DNA from: a virus
DNA: 64,000 nt
IMG/VR virus record: IMGVR_UViG_3300033149_006617
Span: 3,756-67,755 of that record
Strand: one strand, 5' to 3'
In this document: one piece after another, positions 39,121-49,080 of the stretch
How positions within the stretch are numbered: the stretch's first letter is position 1
Layout: each line of letters begins with the position of its first letter
The notes under the pieces: model-generated
Database searches by the model: none
What the model saw: only the letters and a program-made list of their open reading frames with translations
What the model was told of the DNA's origin: nothing
Translations under genes and position numbers: made by a program

Positions 39121-40591
39121 ACAAATTCCTATTGTAGATGTCATTAGTAAATATTGCACCCTCAAGCGTGCGGGCCGAAAAGAGGTCCGCACTGTTTGTC
39201 CATTCCATCCCGATTCTAACCCCAGTCTTTATGCCAACCCAGCTAAGAATGTCTGGCATTGCCACGGATGTGGCAGAGGCGGTAATGTTATTACATTTGT
39301 ATCTGAAATTGAACGTATACCATATCGGGATGCCGCGTTGCAATTGGCAGAACAGTATGATATTCAAATAGTAGATATGTTCGATTTTTTTCGGGCGGAA
39401 AGGCGATGTTTAGTTGCTACAAAAATTTTTTATTCGAGAATGTTGCATGCCCGCCTAGCGACATGCGTAATGGACTACGTCCTAAACAGGGGTATACGAC
39501 CAGATATAGTCGAGAAATTTGAGTTGGGTTATTCACCCGAACAAATAGGGATAAAAAAATATCTACATAAATATAATATATCGTGGCAAGTTGCTGAGAA
39601 TGTTGGGTTGCTCAGCAATAATAGAGAGGTATTGAGGGGGAGGATCATCTTTCCCATATATCACCAGGGGCAACTTGTGTCTTTTGCGGGCCGAAAAGTT
39701 CGTGGCAACGGCCCCAAGTATCTTAATCTAAAAAATACGGAGATATTCGATAGAAATTCCGTTTTATACGGGATGAACAGGGCTTACGCCAGTTTCCGCA
39801 AGAGCGGGGAAATATACATAGTTGAGGGGCAGATGGACGTGCTTGCTATGCACTCTATCGGGATCGAGAATACCGTGGGGCTAATGGGCACTTCATTTTC
39901 CGCAGAAAGGGCGGCGCAACTTTCTGGAGCGAAGAAAACAACTATAGTGCTAGATGCTGACCAAGCAGGTTCTAACCGGCTGAGGGAAATTGTATGTACA
40001 CTTGAGGATTATAATCTCAATCCGCATATTGTGTTGTTGCCATCAGGCGACCCTGCGGAGAATGCACTGAAGGATTCAGGGGGGTTTCTCCGAATGTTGT
40101 ATAACGCTTCCCCTGGATTTTTGCACCTTCTCCATATCGCGAAAAATGCCGAGGATATGTCAAGGTTACTTGCCAGGATTAGGAATCGCCTCCGCCGTAG
40201 CGAATGGGTAAGAGTTGCGGCCAACATAATGGGAGGCGGAGAGCGCATAGAATCCATTTTGGAGGCGGGGGCGCTCAGATTTTCGGCTGGCAAGGAGTGG
40301 GTCGAAATCACTGAGACCAACGGCAGGGAAGAATTGGAGAGGAGGGTATTGGGAAGTGTGAGCAGGGACTTTCGGTTGCGGAAAAAATTGATAGGTGCGC
40401 TTCCCTTCTATAAAGGGAAGCGCACCTTGAGGTTCTTCACTAATCCGAAGCTCGCCAAGGCCGTGATAATGGGCGGGGAAGCGTTGGATATTTATTCCGC
40501 GAACTTCCCCGCCGACCTTGAGCGGCTCCGCGTGCTGATGGAGCGTGACAGCAAGGCCGCTGAGCTGGATGAGTGGGCGGCGTCGGATTAG
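39095..40591 (+). CDS. dnaG: DNA primase
   Basis: CPFH..PS...WHCHGC zinc finger, RIIFPI, FAGR, PKYLN, VEGQMDV, LDADQAG. Confidence 0.93.
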   Translation: MMNYRQIIEQIPIVDVISKYCTLKRAGRKEVRTVCPFHPDSNPSLYANPAKNVWHCHGCGRGGNVITFVSEIERIPYRDAALQLAEQYDIQIVDMFDFFRAERRCLVATKIFYSRMLHARLATCVMDYVLNRGIRPDIVEKFELGYSPEQIGIKKYLHKYNISWQVAENVGLLSNNREVLRGRIIFPIYHQGQLVSFAGRKVRGNGPKYLNLKNTEIFDRNSVLYGMNRAYASFRKSGEIYIVEGQMDVLAMHSIGIENTVGLMGTSFSAERAAQLSGAKKTTIVLDADQAGSNRLREIVCTLEDYNLNPHIVLLPSGDPAENALKDSGGFLRMLYNASPGFLHLLHIAKNAEDMSRLLARIRNRLRRSEWVRVAANIMGGGERIESILEAGALRFSAGKEWVEITETNGREELERRVLGSVSRDFRLRKKLIGALPFYKGKRTLRFFTNPKLAKAVIMGGEALDIYSANFPADLERLRVLMERDSKAAELDEWAASD

Positions 40592-40839
40592 AATATGGCT
40601 AACTTGCCGGCAGGCTCCTCGAAGTACTGCACCCGCTTGGTATTGCTCGTCCACGGGATGCGCTTGACTGCGCCATTGTCGAGGCGCAGGCCACAATTGA
40701 TAAACCTGCCGTAAGCCCGCACATCCGGCTTGCGCGGATTTTTCGGCGAAGGAAGAACCACCCCCACATATTCCTTCTTCGTCTTCATGTCCACTACCTT
40801 GATCCTGTCATTTACCTTCGGATACCCATGAATCTGCAT
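40588..40839 (-). CDS. Hypothetical protein
   Basis: ORF with GGAGG SD. Confidence 0.55.
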   Translation of the reverse strand: MQIHGYPKVNDRIKVVDMKTKKEYVGVVLPSPKNPRKPDVRAYGRFINCGLRLDNGAVKRIPWTSNTKRVQYFEEPAGKLAIF

Positions 40840-41141
40840 TATACATCGCCTCCTTCTTCATCATTTTGCATGGGTTGCCTACGATAAATTCGCGCCCCCG
40901 AAAGGCCTATTATATGTGTCGGTTCCTCCTCATTTATATCTGCCCACACGTAGAGCACAAATTCCCCATTCTTGGACTCAAGCCATATTTGGCTACACAC
41001 GAAGTCGTCGTCCAATGCGTACATCCCGTGTTCAGGCAGGAAAAACCCTATCCCATTCTTTGTAGATTGGACAATTACTTTTGTGGCTTTGTCTGTGATG
41101 ATGTCATTTATCTGTTCTTTTTGGAGTTTTTGTGTTGCCAT
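40839..41141 (-). CDS. Hypothetical protein
   Basis: SD; 'VWADINEEEPTHIIGLSGAR'. Confidence 0.6.
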   Translation of the reverse strand: MATQKLQKEQINDIITDKATKVIVQSTKNGIGFFLPEHGMYALDDDFVCSQIWLESKNGEFVLYVWADINEEEPTHIIGLSGARIYRRQPMQNDEEGGDV

Positions 41142-41159
41142 TTACATCGCCTCCTTTAT

Positions 41160-42323
41160 CTAATCATCGAGTAGCGGCATTAGAAGATATATGTATCCGG
41201 TGTCATTTGGGTCAGCCCCCTGGATGAGCACCGGCTTATCACTACCATCGAATTGGAATTGGATACGTTCTGTATCAAAACTCTCTACTGCGTCGAGCAA
41301 TTGATAATCAATGAACGCTATCTTGAATGGTTCGCCCTCGAGCTCGATTCCACCTAAACTCCCACTGACGCTCCCAACATTAATGTCATTGATCTCGGCG
41401 GATAGTTCCCCAGGGCTTATGCTGAGGTGTATGTGGCTTGCCTTGCTCCCCCAGGCGTTTTTTAACCGCCCAATCAAGCATTGTAATTTCTCCCTGTCTG
41501 CTACGACGCTTTGTCCTCCCTCCCGTTCGATTACCTTCTGGATTATTTTGTCAACATTCGGATAGACGAGGGATGTTCGCGACTCACCGGTATAATAACG
41601 CGCCCAAGCAGTTACATTACTAAATTTGGTTAGCATGTGGGCATCCCCGAATGCCACTGCAACAGGGCCGTTGCTTATGGATTGCACCAGGAACTTCATG
41701 CCTCGTGTTGAGATTAGAGCAGGTTTCATGTCATCATGGCAATTGTATTTGATTGCTATATCAGCAAGCCTCCATGTATCGGTGGTGACAAATTCTAATG
41801 ATTCACCTGCTGGCCTTATATAGACGGTTTGCAATATAGGTCGTGTTTCATCAGTAGACGCCGCGTGGAGTATGCGTTTTATGGTCTGTTTGAATAATGC
41901 CCCATCTAGTGTATTCGCATCAGATTGGGCATCAAACAACGAATCATTAAGCAACTCATCGTGTGGTTTAGGGTATTCGTCTGTTGGGTAACAATTTAGG
42001 TTGAGGTGAATCCCTTCTGCGCTGGTCTTGAGCGTATATTCCCATGTGTCAGATTCTAACGTGATTGGCACCTTCGGCATCTTTTTGAGAAACGTTTTCA
42101 TTTGCTTTATGGGAACTACGATGGGGTCTAGTTCTCCTTCTGCGGGAATTTTTGAGATTGTGCCTATCTCAAGGTCGGTCGCAATTATCCTCAGTACCCC
42201 ATCCGTGGGTTGGTCGAAGAGGGCATTGCTGAGAATAGGCAGAGATGACTTTTTCCCCCGGCATTTATCCGCAAGGGAAATGGCCTGGAACAGATCATCA
42301 CGACTGACTATCATCTTACTCAT
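41160..42323 (-). CDS. dnaN: DNA polymerase III beta sliding clamp
   Basis: LPILSN, ATDLEIG, AASTDETRPILQ, TTDTWRLA, YLLMP. Confidence 0.9.
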   Translation of the reverse strand: MSKMIVSRDDLFQAISLADKCRGKKSSLPILSNALFDQPTDGVLRIIATDLEIGTISKIPAEGELDPIVVPIKQMKTFLKKMPKVPITLESDTWEYTLKTSAEGIHLNLNCYPTDEYPKPHDELLNDSLFDAQSDANTLDGALFKQTIKRILHAASTDETRPILQTVYIRPAGESLEFVTTDTWRLADIAIKYNCHDDMKPALISTRGMKFLVQSISNGPVAVAFGDAHMLTKFSNVTAWARYYTGESRTSLVYPNVDKIIQKVIEREGGQSVVADREKLQCLIGRLKNAWGSKASHIHLSISPGELSAEINDINVGSVSGSLGGIELEGEPFKIAFIDYQLLDAVESFDTERIQFQFDGSDKPVLIQGADPNDTGYIYLLMPLLDD

Positions 42324-42336
42324 TTTACCGCCTCCT

Positions 42337-43158
42337 TTATTTGCCTAATTGCACTTCGCGGAGCATAGCAATATCTACGTCCGCGTACAATTGTGTGGTG
42401 ATGGGGCTTGCGTGCCCTAATTGCTTCTGGACGTGTAGCGTGCTTGCACCTCTCCTGAGCATCTCCCTTGCACAGGTGGCCCTGAGGGCATGGGTGGAAA
42501 ATTCATGGCTATCCCACCCTTCGATCTCGGCTAACCGCGCAGCACGCTTGAAATGCCTCCTGGCAGTCTCGTAACTGGCTTTCCTGCCATTGATTTGTAT
42601 AACATACCCCTGGCCGAACCAAGGTAATTCGCGCAACATGCGCTCGATATTTGGGGGCAACGGGACTGTCCTATCACCTGTTTTTGCCCCGATGATGTCA
42701 ATGGTCTTTTCCTTCCAATTAATATGCTCCCACTTGAGGCTCAGCACCTCGCTTATCCTGAGGCCACAATATGTTTGTATCGCAAACGCTACATTAAATG
42801 GTGGCTCGGCACATTGTATAATTCTCTCGGCTTCCTCCAGTGTTGGATAGTGCTTTCGTCTTTTCGACTTCTTTGTGGCTACCAATTTTGCTGTGATGGG
42901 CTTGTCTCTGTAACCGTTTTCAACTGCCCACTTGGAAAACATTTTCAACGAAGTCAATCGCCTGTTGGTAGTGGCAGGAGAAAATCCTGCCCGCTTCAGC
43001 CATTCTATGACTTCGTCATTGGTGATTTTGTCGAGTGGCCCAACGCTCCGCTCAACGAGAAGTAGATCCTCCTTCCGTGCACGATAAGTATTGTCTGTCC
43101 ATCTAAGTGAATAGTCTTTGAGGAACTCCTGAATCATTTCCTCGGTCATTTTGAACAC
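42337..43158 (-). CDS. Tyrosine recombinase/integrase
   Basis: GLRISE, K, HALR, LGH, TTQLY catalytic residues. Confidence 0.92.
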   Translation of the reverse strand: MFKMTEEMIQEFLKDYSLRWTDNTYRARKEDLLLVERSVGPLDKITNDEVIEWLKRAGFSPATTNRRLTSLKMFSKWAVENGYRDKPITAKLVATKKSKRRKHYPTLEEAERIIQCAEPPFNVAFAIQTYCGLRISEVLSLKWEHINWKEKTIDIIGAKTGDRTVPLPPNIERMLRELPWFGQGYVIQINGRKASYETARRHFKRAARLAEIEGWDSHEFSTHALRATCAREMLRRGASTLHVQKQLGHASPITTQLYADVDIAMLREVQLGK

Positions 43159-43649
43159 CTCACTCTCGCCTCATTTACAATCTCCGCAATGCTCATCCCC
43201 TTTCTATAGATTGCCCGCGCAATATCTTCTACGCCTTCGTCCGGTATCCAGCTCTTCAGCACCTCAATGGCATTTCTAAGTTCCGGTGGTTCCCTATTTA
43301 TCTTCCCTCGTGCCGTTGGGATGGGCAATTCAGTCAACTCCATTCCCATTTTAATAGCCCTCCAGTATTCTGCGTACAATTTATCTATGGCCTTTCCTGC
43401 GACGGACTTTGATTTCATTGAAGTGACCTTGCAGGCATTTGGGTCGAACGTAAATTCGTAGAGCTGAGTAATCGGCTCTCCATTGCACGACCCATCTATC
43501 AGCATCTTCCCGTTCCGCAAAAATTTCGGCCCTGCAGGAAGATCCCAACTCCACCAAGCTATCCTATGGAAATGCCTACTCTGTGGTATCCTCAGGAGCT
43601 TCCTGAGAAGCTCATCTTTTGTTTGCGCGGTTACTTCTATCTTCTGCAT
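43146..43649 (-). CDS. Hypothetical protein
   Basis: AGGAGG SD before MQKIEV. Confidence 0.55.
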   Translation of the reverse strand: MQKIEVTAQTKDELLRKLLRIPQSRHFHRIAWWSWDLPAGPKFLRNGKMLIDGSCNGEPITQLYEFTFDPNACKVTSMKSKSVAGKAIDKLYAEYWRAIKMGMELTELPIPTARGKINREPPELRNAIEVLKSWIPDEGVEDIARAIYRKGMSIAEIVNEARVRCSK

Positions 43650-43660
43650 GTTGCCTCCTC

Positions 43661-44080
43661 CTATGCCGGTACTTTTCTTTTGCGCCTCTCCTCCTTGTAA
43701 ACATTTCGCCAAAATTGTTCTGCAGTCTCCCACTCAAAGCCAAATTCATCCAAGAATCTCATCTCGGCTACATGTTTTGCCTCCTCACGCCGCCTCCGTT
43801 CCCGTTCCTTGTCGTGCTCAATTTGTCTTTTACGATATTCTGGATGAGTTTTCCTATAGTGTGTATAATAGCAATTCCAGCAAAGGCCATTACAATACTT
43901 TTCTGTGTACTTCTCCTTTGGTTTGCCGCATTTTTCACACTTGTACCCTATTGGATATTTGATTATTGATGCTAATCTACACTCGTTGCTACAGAATTTT
44001 TGTCCTGCTTTGCTAGGAACCAGTTCCATGATCTTACCACAGTATTCACATTCCTTCCTGATCCTCTTTGTCATTACCAT
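43661..44080 (-). CDS. Zinc-finger protein
   Basis: CEYCG..KFCSNEC, CEKCG, CWNC. Confidence 0.6.
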   Translation of the reverse strand: MVMTKRIRKECEYCGKIMELVPSKAGQKFCSNECRLASIIKYPIGYKCEKCGKPKEKYTEKYCNGLCWNCYYTHYRKTHPEYRKRQIEHDKERERRRREEAKHVAEMRFLDEFGFEWETAEQFWRNVYKEERRKRKVPA

Positions 44081-44984
44081 ACACCTCCTTTAGTTTTCGT
44101 GTGGCAACACGCCCTATTCTCTTGCGGGCAACAAATCCCGCATAAAGAAGATAAGGTTCAACCAACGTCTCAATTGTGCTTACATTCTCCCCGATTGTGT
44201 TTGCAATTGCATTCACACCGGCGGGGCCTCCGTCAAACGTATCTAATAGTGCTCTTACGTATCTTCTTTGTAGTCTGTCCAGCCCATTTTCGTCTATTCC
44301 CATTTTACTTAGGAAGTCCTCGATTGTGCCTTTCTGGCCGGAGAGTTTGAAGTCCTCCACCTGATAGGCGATATTTATCGCCACACGAGGAGTCCCTCTC
44401 CCCCTCTCGCCTATGATTCTTGCCTCCTCATCGGTGAGGCTTGCTATGCCTGCGCGCTTCACGATTTGTGTCAATTCTTCCGGCGAATATAGCTCGAACT
44501 CCAACTTGTACGTGATTCTATCCAGGAATGGTTTCGTCAACTGCGCAGGTTCTGTAGTGGCTCCTACGAAACAAAATTCCTTCAAGTCCATCTCGAATGT
44601 CCCGTTGCTGTGCTCTACGTGGATTTTTCCGTCTTCCAGGGCGGGGTATAGTTGCTCCTGGATTATGATGGGCAACCTATGCACTTCATCAACAAATATG
44701 ATGGTCTTGTCGGCGTCCATAAGCATATTTATCACGGACAAAGGGGACTCCAACGAAGGCGCATTTGCCTTCATAAATTTCAGCCCAAGCTCAGTAGCGA
44801 TGATTTCCGAGAGAGTTGTTTTCCCAAGGCCTGGAGGGCCTGCCATCAGCATATGCTTGGGCACTGTGCCCATTTTTTTCGCCGCAAGAAGGGCCGGAAA
44901 TATTGCCTCCTTCACATGCTCCTGCCCTATAAACTCACTGAGCGATTTGGGCCTTATATCCCTCAAATACATCCCTCCTTTCAT
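44046..44984 (-). CDS. ruvB: Holliday junction branch-migration ATPase RuvB
   Basis: RPKSLSEFIGQ, GPPGLGKTTL, FVDEVHRL, GATT, RGTPR, GGPAG, EPYL. Confidence 0.93.
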   Translation of the reverse strand: MKGGMYLRDIRPKSLSEFIGQEHVKEAIFPALLAAKKMGTVPKHMLMAGPPGLGKTTLSEIIATELGLKFMKANAPSLESPLSVINMLMDADKTIIFVDEVHRLPIIIQEQLYPALEDGKIHVEHSNGTFEMDLKEFCFVGATTEPAQLTKPFLDRITYKLEFELYSPEELTQIVKRAGIASLTDEEARIIGERGRGTPRVAINIAYQVEDFKLSGQKGTIEDFLSKMGIDENGLDRLQRRYVRALLDTFDGGPAGVNAIANTIGENVSTIETLVEPYLLYAGFVARKRIGRVATRKLKEVYGNDKEDQEGM

Positions 44985-45030
44985 CCGCTTCTACAGGCTA
45001 TGTGTTGTACAGCCTGTAGATGTTATAGTA

Positions 45031-45288
45031 TTAACACTCTTCCTCTACTACTTTGCGGCATTGTTCCGGCAAGTCCTCAAAAGAAATTTCGCGCCCAAGA
45101 TGAGGCCCTACTAGTGCCTCCACATGAATGCAAAATTCCTGTGTTGGATTTTCCGACATAGCAAGAGCCGTGAACATACCCTTGCCTATTGGTTCATTCA
45201 TGAAAACCACCGTATAACGGTCAATAACATCAGGCCCGTAATCAAAGATACGGATGGCGTTCGAGCACACTTGCCTGTTACCAGCCAT
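45031..45288 (-). CDS. Hypothetical protein
   Basis: 'DRYTVV...HLGREISFEDLP' phage-type small protein. Confidence 0.6.
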   Translation of the reverse strand: MAGNRQVCSNAIRIFDYGPDVIDRYTVVFMNEPIGKGMFTALAMSENPTQEFCIHVEALVGPHLGREISFEDLPEQCRKVVEEEC

Positions 45289-45320
45289 TTATTTGTACCC
45301 TCCTTTTCTCTTGTGGGTTT

Positions 45321-45545
45321 TTATGGTTTGTTTTGCCATTCGGCAATTTTGCTGCCAATGGCGCTCGCAAATTCGTTGTCGCTTGCCTCCTGTACGAGAG
45401 CAACCTCGTGCTCCAATTCTTCCGGCACGTCCATCATGCTCGTCCGAACGTCTACCAGGAACTTCTCCATATAATTGGGCCGACGTTCGCTGGTAAGAAA
45501 GAAACGCCACTCCACAAGCCGATCCACAGCTTCCTGTAACGTCAT
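45321..45545 (-). CDS. Hypothetical protein (MTLxEAV family)
   Basis: Similar to 54586-54777. Confidence 0.55.
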   Translation of the reverse strand: MTLQEAVDRLVEWRFFLTSERRPNYMEKFLVDVRTSMMDVPEELEHEVALVQEASDNEFASAIGSKIAEWQNKP

Positions 45546-45736
45546 TATTTGTTCCCTCCTTTTCTGGCTATATTTTGCTTCCGAGGATTGCCCAGTATTT
45601 CCCCGCATTTCGGGCAGATAATTACTTCTGTCCCGTCGTCGTACACAACAGATTCCACCTCGCTACCCGTCCATGTGATCCCACACTTTTCACAATAGAA
45701 TTCTTCATCTTCCTCATCGTCCCACTCGAAAGGCAC
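45545..45736 (-). CDS. Zinc-ribbon protein
   Basis: CEKCG...CPKCG. Confidence 0.55.
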   Translation of the reverse strand: MPFEWDDEEDEEFYCEKCGITWTGSEVESVVYDDGTEVIICPKCGEILGNPRKQNIARKGGNK

Positions 45737-45909
45737 GGCTCTCCCTCCTTTCCCGCCCTCCTCCACCCTGAAATTTTTATTCCCGTATCTTCCCACTACT
45801 TGCCGTAGACAATGAAACCGCAGTCCAGCCATATATTTTCCGGCACAATGGGGGAACATATATTCCCACACATACCTACAATATAATTACTTGAGTAGAA
45901 TCACTTTAT

Positions 45910-46428
45910 TTATCGGCGGCTATAATATGATACATCTCCCGTGTGCAGAGCGAGGATTTCTCCTCGTTCTGCTGCCTCCTCTACTAATTCGCAATCGGAA
46001 CGATCCTCATAATAGAAATACTGGTCATCATCCATCGCGTCAAGCTCCTCCTCGCTTGGCCGGAGGTGAAGATAGTCCACGATATAGGGGCAATCACAAT
46101 CTCCGCTCCAGCAACGCCCAAGATATTCTGCCCCACAGTGGGGGCAGGCTTCAGAATCACCGTTGATAATTTTCCCGCAAGAAGCACAGATAGCTGGGGA
46201 GCTATCTATGATGTAAACCTTCCCCCTCTGCCTATCCTGCGCCTCGGCAAGCAATACACCTCCCTCCAGGGCTGTTTCCTTGTCAGTATTGAACCTTTTG
46301 AGGAAATCCTCAAACTCCCTTTGCGAAAGGCGCAACGTGGGCATGTCAAAATCCACTGCCAAATCCCACGGGCCTGCCTGTCCCACCACATTTTCATTGT
46401 TGTCATCATGCCAATGGATTTCCAACAT
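45910..46428 (-). CDS. Zinc-ribbon protein (paralog of 51210-51647)
   Basis: C..CGK.I....CPHCGAEYLG.C...GDCDC.YI shared. Confidence 0.65.
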   Translation of the reverse strand: MLEIHWHDDNNENVVGQAGPWDLAVDFDMPTLRLSQREFEDFLKRFNTDKETALEGGVLLAEAQDRQRGKVYIIDSSPAICASCGKIINGDSEACPHCGAEYLGRCWSGDCDCPYIVDYLHLRPSEEELDAMDDDQYFYYEDRSDCELVEEAAERGEILALHTGDVSYYSRR

Positions 46429-46430
46429 AT

Positions 46431-46901
46431 TTATCCCTCCTCTATGGTGTGGTAGTAGTATGTTACCTTTTTGGGCCGCGAAATGATAGGGGCCCCATCC
46501 GGCTCTGGAATATCTACCTTTTCCACTAATCCTGTAATTGGGCTTATCACCTTATATGCCTCAACTTCCCCACCCTCAACCACATACATAAAGTCAATAT
46601 CCGATGGGTCACGACGCGCGATGCCAATTGATAGAAAATCAAGGGCGTGGGGCTTCTTTACATCTTCCTTTGCGCCAAACCCATACTGCCGAGTGTGGTC
46701 TGCAGACCACACCACAAATTTCGCGGCTAAATAAGATGGATCACCAAGCCTCGTATCATTAAGGCTTTCCCTAACCTCTTCAAGAAAGAGCTTAATGTCT
46801 ATCCCTAATCCCTCAGGGTCTCCATCTGTGTGACGATAAATAATTGCTTCGGGGCACGAGGCCCCGATGTGCTGAAAATGGACGGTTGCTCTTGTACCCA
46901 T
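46431..46901 (-). CDS. Hypothetical protein (MGTRA...YRHxDG.P family)
   Basis: MGTRA, IYRHTDGDPEGLG, DIDFMY. Confidence 0.65.
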   Translation of the reverse strand: MGTRATVHFQHIGASCPEAIIYRHTDGDPEGLGIDIKLFLEEVRESLNDTRLGDPSYLAAKFVVWSADHTRQYGFGAKEDVKKPHALDFLSIGIARRDPSDIDFMYVVEGGEVEAYKVISPITGLVEKVDIPEPDGAPIISRPKKVTYYYHTIEEG

Positions 46902-46904
46902 TAA

Positions 46905-47132
46905 TCATCCCTCCTCGTTGGTTTTCTCCTCTTTGATTTTGCGGATTATTTCCTCTGCGAACGGGGCCAATTCAGCCCTTGACGCACCAACAATTTTGAT
47001 CGCAGCATCCTGTTCATAAGTGCTACTGCTATTGTGGAGTATCCAACGCACTTCCTCAATTATACCGCTGATAATGAGTTCCTTTGGGTCAAGCTCGCCT
47101 ATTTCGTCGAACGCATCTTTGAGGTTATTCAT
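46905..47132 (-). CDS. Hypothetical protein
   Basis: Coupled ORF. Confidence 0.5.
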   Translation of the reverse strand: MNNLKDAFDEIGELDPKELIISGIIEEVRWILHNSSSTYEQDAAIKIVGASRAELAPFAEEIIRKIKEEKTNEEG

Positions 47133-47392
47133 TTTATCACCTCCTCGTTGCGCGTTTTTATTTGTTCAATAACCTCATCAATATAATCATACTCAAACCC
47201 CAAATTGTATAGGGTTTCCCTCAGATTGCTAAGGGCTTCTTCCTCCGTGTTGAAATGGGCGTCGCATACGTCATCATCAGTATGTTCCCACGGGGATGTC
47301 ATGGAGACGTCATAGAACCATCCCCATTTTCCATTTTGTTCAAACACTGCGGCCTCGTCAATATAAATATGTGCTTTTACTTCCATCAGCAC
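47129..47392 (-). CDS. Hypothetical acidic protein
   Basis: GAGGAGG SD. Confidence 0.55.
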   Translation of the reverse strand: MLMEVKAHIYIDEAAVFEQNGKWGWFYDVSMTSPWEHTDDDVCDAHFNTEEEALSNLRETLYNLGFEYDYIDEVIEQIKTRNEEVIK

Positions 47393-47418
47393 ACCTCCTC
47401 GAAGTATTTTTACTGCCG

Positions 47419-47793
47419 TCAGTACAACTCATCCGGCTTAAACATCTCAAAAATAGCGTCCACAGCGTCAGGGTGATTAAGATCGTTCTCAATATAAGAT
47501 AGTAACCAATCGAGGTCCCTGGCGTCCCATGCTTCTTGATATGCTTGGGCGCGACGCTCTGCCAAAACCGTTAGTGCTACTTCCTCCACCTCTACGAGGG
47601 CCTCCTCAGGCGACAGAGATTCCTTTGAAAGATCCCCACGGGAATATATATCAATGGTATCTCCGTTGCCATCAACGACGACGACTGCATGTCCCTCTCC
47701 CCAATACGCTATTATTTTCTCCTCCGGCGTAGCGAATGGGTCAGATATTACTTTCACAACCTTGGCATCCCTTAGGGCGTTGAGCAATTTCAT
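47419..47793 (-). CDS. Hypothetical acidic protein
   Basis: AGGAGG SD. Confidence 0.55.
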   Translation of the reverse strand: MKLLNALRDAKVVKVISDPFATPEEKIIAYWGEGHAVVVVDGNGDTIDIYSRGDLSKESLSPEEALVEVEEVALTVLAERRAQAYQEAWDARDLDWLLSYIENDLNHPDAVDAIFEMFKPDELY

Positions 47794-47882
47794 TTTCCGG
47801 CCTCCTTTTGCCCGTTTTTGCGGGCTTAGTGTGTTGAACCCTCACCAGAGGGCGGGTTTGCGCCTGCCCTCGGCTTGAAGGC

Positions 47883-48137
47883 TCAGAATGAATAATGAAC
47901 AATCCCTCGGTGAATCTTCCTTTGGAGCTTCCTGGCCGCTTTCATAGCAAGCACAAGGTCCAGGTGCTTGCCTGGGTAGGTCCTTACTAACTTGCCTGCC
48001 CAGGTGACTATCCGCATATCCTCACCCTCTCGCCAGTAAATAATGACCTGCTTGCTATCCGGCTGCGTCGCTGTAACAACGACATTCGCGTCTTTTGTAC
48101 ACCTCGGCAACCATCGAATGTGTTTCACTGCTGTCAT
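47883..48137 (-). CDS. Hypothetical protein
   Basis: AGGAGG SD. Confidence 0.5.
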   Translation of the reverse strand: MTAVKHIRWLPRCTKDANVVVTATQPDSKQVIIYWREGEDMRIVTWAGKLVRTYPGKHLDLVLAMKAARKLQRKIHRGIVHYSF

Positions 48138-48246
48138 CCTACTTTCCTCCTTTGCCCGTTTTTGCGGGCTAACGATATGATGTCCTCAACGGCCATTTGC
48201 AGAAGGCGTTGCATCGCCCTCTGTATGACTTCATCTATGCTCCTCA

Positions 48247-48275
48247 TTATACACCTCCTCCCCGCTTAGGTCAAG
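48247..48275 (-). promoter_or_regulatory. Sigma70-type promoter
   Basis: Minus strand TTGACC-17 nt-TATAAT. Confidence 0.65.
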
Positions 48276-48423
48276 TCTTTTTTGCTACTTTTTTTGAAAA
48301 CCCCCTCTGCGCGAAAATTTCCGCGCTCAAGAGGCCACCAAATACACCAACGTCCCAAGCACCACCACCATAAACCCGCAGAAAATACCTGCAACGATCC
48401 TTTGGATGCTCTCTACCATGTTA

Positions 48424-49068
48424 TCACCTCCCTATCAAAAGTTTCTCTTTGTGAAGTATCCACTTGCCATCTTTCACATCGAGGTGGAATTCATGTGTTA
48501 TTGTCCATTCTGTATATGGATCATTTGGTGGATGTGTGAGCCGAAAAAGATACAGCATCTCGCGCATACCTGAGATTATATGGACCTGTCTTATATTACC
48601 TAGCCCTTTTTCTACCTTAACTATGGCAATATCTGCGCCGTCAGGCAGTGTTTCTGCTATCTTTCTCTCTGCCAATTTTCGCGTGAACCGAGGAGGAGTA
48701 TATGGTGGAAAAGAAGGAACCTCCATCCATTTCTCTACCACCATTCTATAGTGCTTACAAAATTGCTCCCCATGTAGATCTTTTCCAACATTTGGCCCGC
48801 GCCAGCAATGCAGGTGGTGGGCAAATTCATGGAGAAGTGCCCCCATGTTTAATGTGCTGGCATCCAGTACAATTGTGTCCCCAGGGATATATTTCCCTCC
48901 GTCATGTGCCACGATTTCCACGCGTGGGGCTGGCACCCCAAATTCTTCTGCCAATTTCTTTACTATTTTCTTTGCTTTGTTAGGGGCTACCCGTTCACCG
49001 GTGAGGCGCTCCTCGACTAGCACTAATCCTGGGCACCATCTATATGTATAGTCGTGAGCCGCTTTCAA
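48424..49068 (-). CDS. Zincin-motif metalloprotease-like protein
   Basis: LLHEFAHH...HGEQF. Confidence 0.65.
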   Translation of the reverse strand: MKAAHDYTYRWCPGLVLVEERLTGERVAPNKAKKIVKKLAEEFGVPAPRVEIVAHDGGKYIPGDTIVLDASTLNMGALLHEFAHHLHCWRGPNVGKDLHGEQFCKHYRMVVEKWMEVPSFPPYTPPRFTRKLAERKIAETLPDGADIAIVKVEKGLGNIRQVHIISGMREMLYLFRLTHPPNDPYTEWTITHEFHLDVKDGKWILHKEKLLIGR

Positions 49069-49080
49069 TTAATTCCTCCT

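Noticed and set aside
44413-45161. Long plus-strand ORFs opposite ruvB (and similar antisense ORFs elsewhere)
   Set aside because: Shadow frames of well-supported genes on the other strand, with no motifs
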